64,000 nucleotides of DNA, taken from contig CAZFSV010000002.1 of the NCBI GenBank assembly GCA_964522195.1, positions 36,743-100,742 on the forward strand, read 5' to 3'. Made by a program: the position numbers and the translations under genes. This DNA is from an uncultured Candidatus Saccharibacteria bacterium. Its GTDB lineage: Bacteria; Patescibacteriota; Minisyncoccia; Phycocordibacterales; UBA9973. The notes beneath the pieces are model-generated. The model was not told where the DNA came from, did not search any database, and saw only the letters and a list, made by a program, of their open reading frames with translations. Shown here piece by piece: positions 59,861 to 64,000 of the stretch. Numbering within the stretch: the first letter of the stretch is position 1; every line of letters begins with the position of its first letter.

Positions 59861-59870
59861 GTTAATAATT

Positions 59871-60725
59871 CTAATAAAACTCTCTCCTGATTTCTTTAGA
59901 ATAATTCGGGACGTCGCCTATTTCTTCTGAAATATCATTCACATAATATTTAAGTCTTGCTTCTTCTATCGATAAATCTGTATCAAGTAAACCTTTCTCT
60001 AGTGCCAACTCATCCGCTGAAGCTGTGAGCCAGAGTTCCCAAGAGAACGGCGAAATACGGTTGGGACTGAGATTATTCACATGCTTGGCAATCATAGAAG
60101 TACAGTTAGAGAAAAAAGTATTATACCATTCAGGCTCCACTATTAATTTATTCATCTTGTTTAACATGTCGACGAGGAGCAGTCGTCCGTTCTCGGGTTT
60201 CTCAAGCTTTATAGGATAGACATAAACTTTATCTTTACGAACGTTAGCACGGAGGAGTATCGTATCTCTCTCGTCCGCGGCGACGTAGATGAGCGGATAA
60301 GTCCGGAGCATACCTTCCCAAATACTATATACTTGATCCTTGGTTTTCAAAGCTTCAATACTAATAGACAAGAAATCTCCATTTTCAAATTCAAAAGATA
60401 CAAAAGTATGCGCCGCTAAATCATTTTCATTAAAAGGTTCAGATATAAACCAAACTTTTTTCACTCCGTTTAGATCATAAGTCTTGTCATAATAGCCCGG
60501 TATCATATCTTTCTCTGTTGGGACATATCTAAAATTACGTACATTCTTCACCGTGACTGAGCCCCCATCTTCCGAGAATTCTGCAGTCGAAGGTATAGCA
60601 AGTTGAGTCTGCCAATCTCCTTCTGTTAGTGGACGCACCGTCATATAATAAATCACATATCCAATAATAAAAATCAATAATAAAAGTCCTAATTTTTTGA
60701 AAAAATTCTTATTTAAAAATTTCAT
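59871..60725 (-). CDS. DUF4105-like (Lnb N-terminal domain-like) membrane-anchored protein
   Basis: N-terminal TM. HTFVSFEF and FFSNCTSM motifs are reminiscent of DUF4105. Assignment from memory of family signatures. Confidence 0.35.
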   Translation of the reverse strand: MKFLNKNFFKKLGLLLLIFIIGYVIYYMTVRPLTEGDWQTQLAIPSTAEFSEDGGSVTVKNVRNFRYVPTEKDMIPGYYDKTYDLNGVKKVWFISEPFNENDLAAHTFVSFEFENGDFLSISIEALKTKDQVYSIWEGMLRTYPLIYVAADERDTILLRANVRKDKVYVYPIKLEKPENGRLLLVDMLNKMNKLIVEPEWYNTFFSNCTSMIAKHVNNLSPNRISPFSWELWLTASADELALEKGLLDTDLSIEEARLKYYVNDISEEIGDVPNYSKEIRREFY

Positions 60726-60786
60726 ATATTTATTGTATCAACATTCTCTTTAATAACAAATTCTAATTTATGATATAATTTTTAAT

Positions 60787-61371
60787 ATGAAAATATTATA
60801 TAGCATAATGATTTTGGTTTTTTTATTTAGTACTAATATAGCTTCAGCAGATTCAATTAACTTGCCCTGTGTTTCATCGCCAGGAGTTGAGTGCCCTCCT
60901 AGTAATGGTAATAGAATAAATCCAAGATGGGATAATCAAACTTTAACATTCACCGAACAATTACAAGACCCGGTAAAATTTTTATTTTTTGTAATTCCAA
61001 TAGCCCTAATAATCATCATTTCTTTTTTAATTTATTTTAAAAATAAAAAAGAAAAAACTCTCAACATTGAAAGAATTAAATTAAGTATCTGGAATCAATT
61101 ATTTTTTCTAATCATAGCTTTAATCGGCTATGCAATTTCTGTTATTTTTAGCACTCTCATTTTTGATAATAATGGTTATTATAATTATTATGATAGATAT
61201 AACAATTACCAAATAATTAAATTAATATCTGTATTTACTTATCCGGTGGCTTCTATTTTAATAGCTCATTACATAACTCTATTTTTAAGACAAAAGGTTC
61301 ATTATATTATTACAACCATCATTTTAATAATTATTGCAGTAATTGGATATTTTACCTTGACTGGTTTTTAA
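60787..61371 (+). CDS. Hypothetical membrane protein (signal peptide plus 4 TM)
   Basis: Hydrophobicity pattern only. Extended -10 (TGATATAAT) about 10 nt upstream. Confidence 0.35.
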   Translation: MKILYSIMILVFLFSTNIASADSINLPCVSSPGVECPPSNGNRINPRWDNQTLTFTEQLQDPVKFLFFVIPIALIIIISFLIYFKNKKEKTLNIERIKLSIWNQLFFLIIALIGYAISVIFSTLIFDNNGYYNYYDRYNNYQIIKLISVFTYPVASILIAHYITLFLRQKVHYIITTIILIIIAVIGYFTLTGF

Positions 61372-61922
61372 TAAAGTCTTATATCCTTCATGCGTCTTTT
61401 ATAGTCTGGAATTTGCAGACTTACTAAATTCCAGAATCGAGATGAATGATTCATCTCTTTTAAATGAGCTAATTCGTGCACTATGATATAGTCTCGTAAA
61501 TCCGGAGGTAAGAAAAATATTTTATAATTAAAAGACAGCTCGCCGGAGCTCGAACAACTCCCCCATCTAGTTTTCTGATTCCGGATCTTGATACTTTTAA
61601 TTTTAAAATTATAGAATTGATTGAAATAGAGGCATCTTTCGAGAGCTATGTCAGAGGCATCTTGCTTGTAAAGTTTATAATCCTTCACACTAAAGTGCGA
61701 CAAGATCTTCTTTGGTCTTTTTTTTAAATTCTCTATCTGCTCCAATATCCAATCCTTTTTCGTCTCTACAACACGCTCAATATACAAGTCTGAAATATTC
61801 CTAGGCTTGGTAACGACTACAGATAAATCCGGCAAGATGCTAATGCGAATACCTCTTATACCTTTGCGGATTTTTATCGTATAAGTAATAACTATCTTAT
61901 CTTTTATAATTTTTTGATTCAT
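61368..61922 (-). CDS. DUF45/YgjP-family metal-dependent hydrolase (M48/WLM-like)
   Basis: RWGSCSSSGELSFN...YIIVHELAHLKEMNHSSRFW matches the DUF45 HExxH core. Confidence 0.75.
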   Translation of the reverse strand: MNQKIIKDKIVITYTIKIRKGIRGIRISILPDLSVVVTKPRNISDLYIERVVETKKDWILEQIENLKKRPKKILSHFSVKDYKLYKQDASDIALERCLYFNQFYNFKIKSIKIRNQKTRWGSCSSSGELSFNYKIFFLPPDLRDYIIVHELAHLKEMNHSSRFWNLVSLQIPDYKRRMKDIRLY

Positions 61923-62034
61923 ATATAAAACTTAATCTTTAAAGTATAATATACATACTAAATATTGACAAAGCTCACTAAATATATTATCTTAAACAAG
62001 AAAATTCTTTCAATAACCTTAAAAAAAATAAAAA

Positions 62035-62391
62035 ATGGTTTTAAAAATGGATGAATATAAGATTAAATTATTAAATCTTAATTTAATATTAATAAACCAT
62101 GAGCCAGATAGTCCAATATATAAATTAAGTTTGTATATTATAGATTATTTACATGAAAAACATGATCCTCTAGGTTTTCTAGAAGCTGTTTGTGAAAGTC
62201 TCGAAGATTTATATTTAGGAGAAAATAAATTTACTGGAGAAAAAGTCGTTAATCATTTAACTGGTTTTCATGAAAGTTTTTATCAAAAACTTTTAAAAGA
62301 AGAAATTCCCGAGATAGTAACTACAATTTTCCCAGAAAATTTTTCTGAAGAAATTAAAAATCAAATTAAAAAAATTTTTAATGAAAAGTAA
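62035..62391 (+). CDS. Hypothetical acidic cytoplasmic protein
   Basis: ORF only. No motif recognised. Confidence 0.3.
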   Translation: MVLKMDEYKIKLLNLNLILINHEPDSPIYKLSLYIIDYLHEKHDPLGFLEAVCESLEDLYLGENKFTGEKVVNHLTGFHESFYQKLLKEEIPEIVTTIFPENFSEEIKNQIKKIFNEK

Positions 62392-62395
62392 AACA

Positions 62396-62426
62396 AAAAT
62401 TAGTCATAAAAATGACTAATTTTTTA
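62396..62426. terminator. Bidirectional terminator (ttagtcat-aaaa-atgactaa)
   Basis: 8-bp stem flanked by A and T runs, between convergent 62035 ORF and murG. Confidence 0.55.
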
Positions 62427-63557
62427 TTTCTCGTGAGAGAGAGCTATCTTGACTATTTCTTCAGCTATCAAAGTTGCACCATTTGGTTTATAAAATCTTT
62501 TTGCGTGAAGAGACATATTGTTATAAACTTCTTTGTTTTCCGTAATTCTTTCTACTTCAGAAAAAATGATATTTGCTTTCAAATTCATTTCTTCTATAAC
62601 TACACAAGCTCCCGCCCGAGCATAAGCAAAAGCATTTTTCTTAGAATGATCAGCATTTGAGTTTGTAAAAGGTATAAGTATAGAAGGAATACCCCAAGAA
62701 GCAATTTCAAAAATAGTAGAACCAGCTCGAGAAATAATAATATCGCTAGCTCCTGCTGCCATTTTAAGCTCAAGTGAATTTAAATAAGCTTTTGGGTTAT
62801 AACGAGCTTTGTTTATATTATTATCTAAAACAACCTCAGATCTTTCTTTTGTGTTTTTAAAATTTTTAACTCCTGTTTGATGAATAATTTGATATTTTTC
62901 TACAAGCAAAGGTAAAGCGTCGACTATGACTTGATTAATTAATTCAGCTCCTTGAGATCCTCCTAATATTAACAAAACAGGTAAGTTAGATTCTAATTTC
63001 CAAAAATTTAATCCAACAGCTTTATCTTCTTTTTGTTCTATTTCTTTGCGAATGGGTTGACCGGTATAAATTAAATTTTTTGCTTTAGGAAAAAAATTTG
63101 CTGATTCTTTGTAAGATAAAGCAGTCATTTGGGAAAATTTGGAAGAAAAAACATTAACTCTACCTGGAGCAAAATCAGATTCATGGATAATTAAAGGGAT
63201 TCTTAATATACGAGCTGCAACAACAATAGGAAAAGAAGCATATCCACCTTTACTAAAAATAACATCAGGATAAATTGAAAATATTTTTATTATAGCTCGT
63301 AAAATAGCAAAAAAAGTTGTAATAATATCAAAAAAATTTTGAATAGAAAAATAAGTTCTGAGTTTACCTGTTGTTATTTTATGAAATTCTAAATTATTTT
63401 CAAAAAGAATTTGTTTATCATAAGGATCAGTAGAAATATAATATAACCTAACTCCAACTGTTTTTTCCCTAGCTAAAATTTGATTAACTTTTTCTGCTAC
63501 AGCTATTAAGGGATAAAAATGTCCTCCTGTTCCACCACCCGTAAAAACTATTTTCAT
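62424..63557 (-). CDS. murG: UDP-GlcNAc:undecaprenyl-PP-MurNAc-pentapeptide GlcNAc transferase
   Basis: N-terminal GGGTGGHFYP (G-loop) and GT28 C-terminal domain. Confidence 0.9.
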   Translation of the reverse strand: MKIVFTGGGTGGHFYPLIAVAEKVNQILAREKTVGVRLYYISTDPYDKQILFENNLEFHKITTGKLRTYFSIQNFFDIITTFFAILRAIIKIFSIYPDVIFSKGGYASFPIVVAARILRIPLIIHESDFAPGRVNVFSSKFSQMTALSYKESANFFPKAKNLIYTGQPIRKEIEQKEDKAVGLNFWKLESNLPVLLILGGSQGAELINQVIVDALPLLVEKYQIIHQTGVKNFKNTKERSEVVLDNNINKARYNPKAYLNSLELKMAAGASDIIISRAGSTIFEIASWGIPSILIPFTNSNADHSKKNAFAYARAGACVVIEEMNLKANIIFSEVERITENKEVYNNMSLHAKRFYKPNGATLIAEEIVKIALSHEK

Positions 63558-63560
63558 ATA

Positions 63561-64000
63561 TTAAGCTCTATGTTTTGAAATTTGTAAAATTAAACCAATT
63601 GCGACCAAATAAATCATCAACGAAGTCCCTCCATGACTCATAAAAACCAAAGGAACTCCAGTCAAAGGGAAAACTCCTATCACAGAAGCAATATGCAGAA
63701 ATGACTGTGATATCATAAGTATAACAATTCCTGAGACCAAAAGTCTACCGAAATGATCTCGGGCATTACTAGCAATAGTAAAACCCCTTAAAGCCCAAAT
63801 CATATAAAGAAAAATTATAATAGTTCCACCTACAAAACCGAATTCTTCTCCTAAAACAGCAAAAATTGAGTCTCCTTGAGGTTCTGGTAAATAAGTAAAC
63901 TTCTGAATACTTTGACCATACCCTCTTCCTAAAATTCCACCTGAACCGATAGCTATTAGGGATTGCTGAATTTGATAAGAAGAACCTTGGGCGTCATTAT
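63561..64000 (-). CDS. ftsW: FtsW/RodA (SEDS) family protein, 3' portion; gene continues beyond window end
   Basis: C-terminal PLTGVPLVFMSHGGTS SEDS motif. Reading frame stays open to base 64000 (ILGRGYGQSIQKFTYLPEP...). Confidence 0.8.
   Translation of the reverse strand, partial: NDAQGSSYQIQQSLIAIGSGGILGRGYGQSIQKFTYLPEPQGDSIFAVLGEEFGFVGGTIIIFLYMIWALRGFTIASNARDHFGRLLVSGIVILMISQSFLHIASVIGVFPLTGVPLVFMSHGGTSLMIYLVAIGLILQISKHRA

Overview
Low-GC (~29%) bacterial chromosome segment. Standard genetic code: long ORFs with canonical stops. The proteome is compact, which I read (inference) as consistent with a Patescibacteria/CPR-like or similarly reduced genome. Genes are mostly tightly packed and co-directional.

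Coordinates 1 to about 54.1 kb are core housekeeping. In order:
- fba (5' truncated), a GlcD-like FAD oxidase, rplY, a coiled-coil MltB-like transglycosylase, rpmE, prfA and an MsbA-like ABC exporter.
- An RRM RNA-binding protein, then a tRNA-Ile(GAU) preceded by a duplicated 16-nt tRNA 5' fragment.
- A complete F1Fo ATP synthase operon (atpI-like, atpB, atpE, atpF, atpH, atpA, atpG, atpD, atpC), followed by rsmI.
- A PriA whose Walker A/B motifs are degenerate, then mreB and a holB-like gene.
- A PaaX-like regulator divergent from dnaK, with a GC-rich palindrome between them.
- An orphan TraD/VirD4/HerA-like ATPase carrying a zinc ribbon and a K/E tail.
- frr, rseP, cysS, an AI-2E permease, rplU, recR, dnaB, trpS, a GAD-less aspS and a pterin-4a-carbinolamine dehydratase.
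- pepN, scpA, scpB, PBP2, a 1098-aa surface protein, a CAP-domain protein, ctpA, rplI, rpmA, a coiled-coil M23 peptidase, gltX and DoxX.

From about 54.1 to 62.4 kb the compositional and functional character changes to an accessory, defence-like island. It contains:
- a domain-only Ogt;
- a type II R-M pair (HTH-fused TaqI-like gamma N6A-MTase plus a PD-(D/E)xK nuclease);
- a GIY-YIG ORF bracketed exactly by 15-bp perfect inverted repeats;
- a GC-enriched patch in which two identical 27-nt palindromic hairpins bracket a promoter, small-ORF and terminator cassette;
- a Cys-rich secreted protein, an AEC transporter, a Zn-ribbon nuclease-like protein, a DUF4105 protein and a DUF45/YgjP metallopeptidase.

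Core genes (murG, ftsW partial) resume at the right edge. No rRNA, CRISPR array or classical transposase was found.
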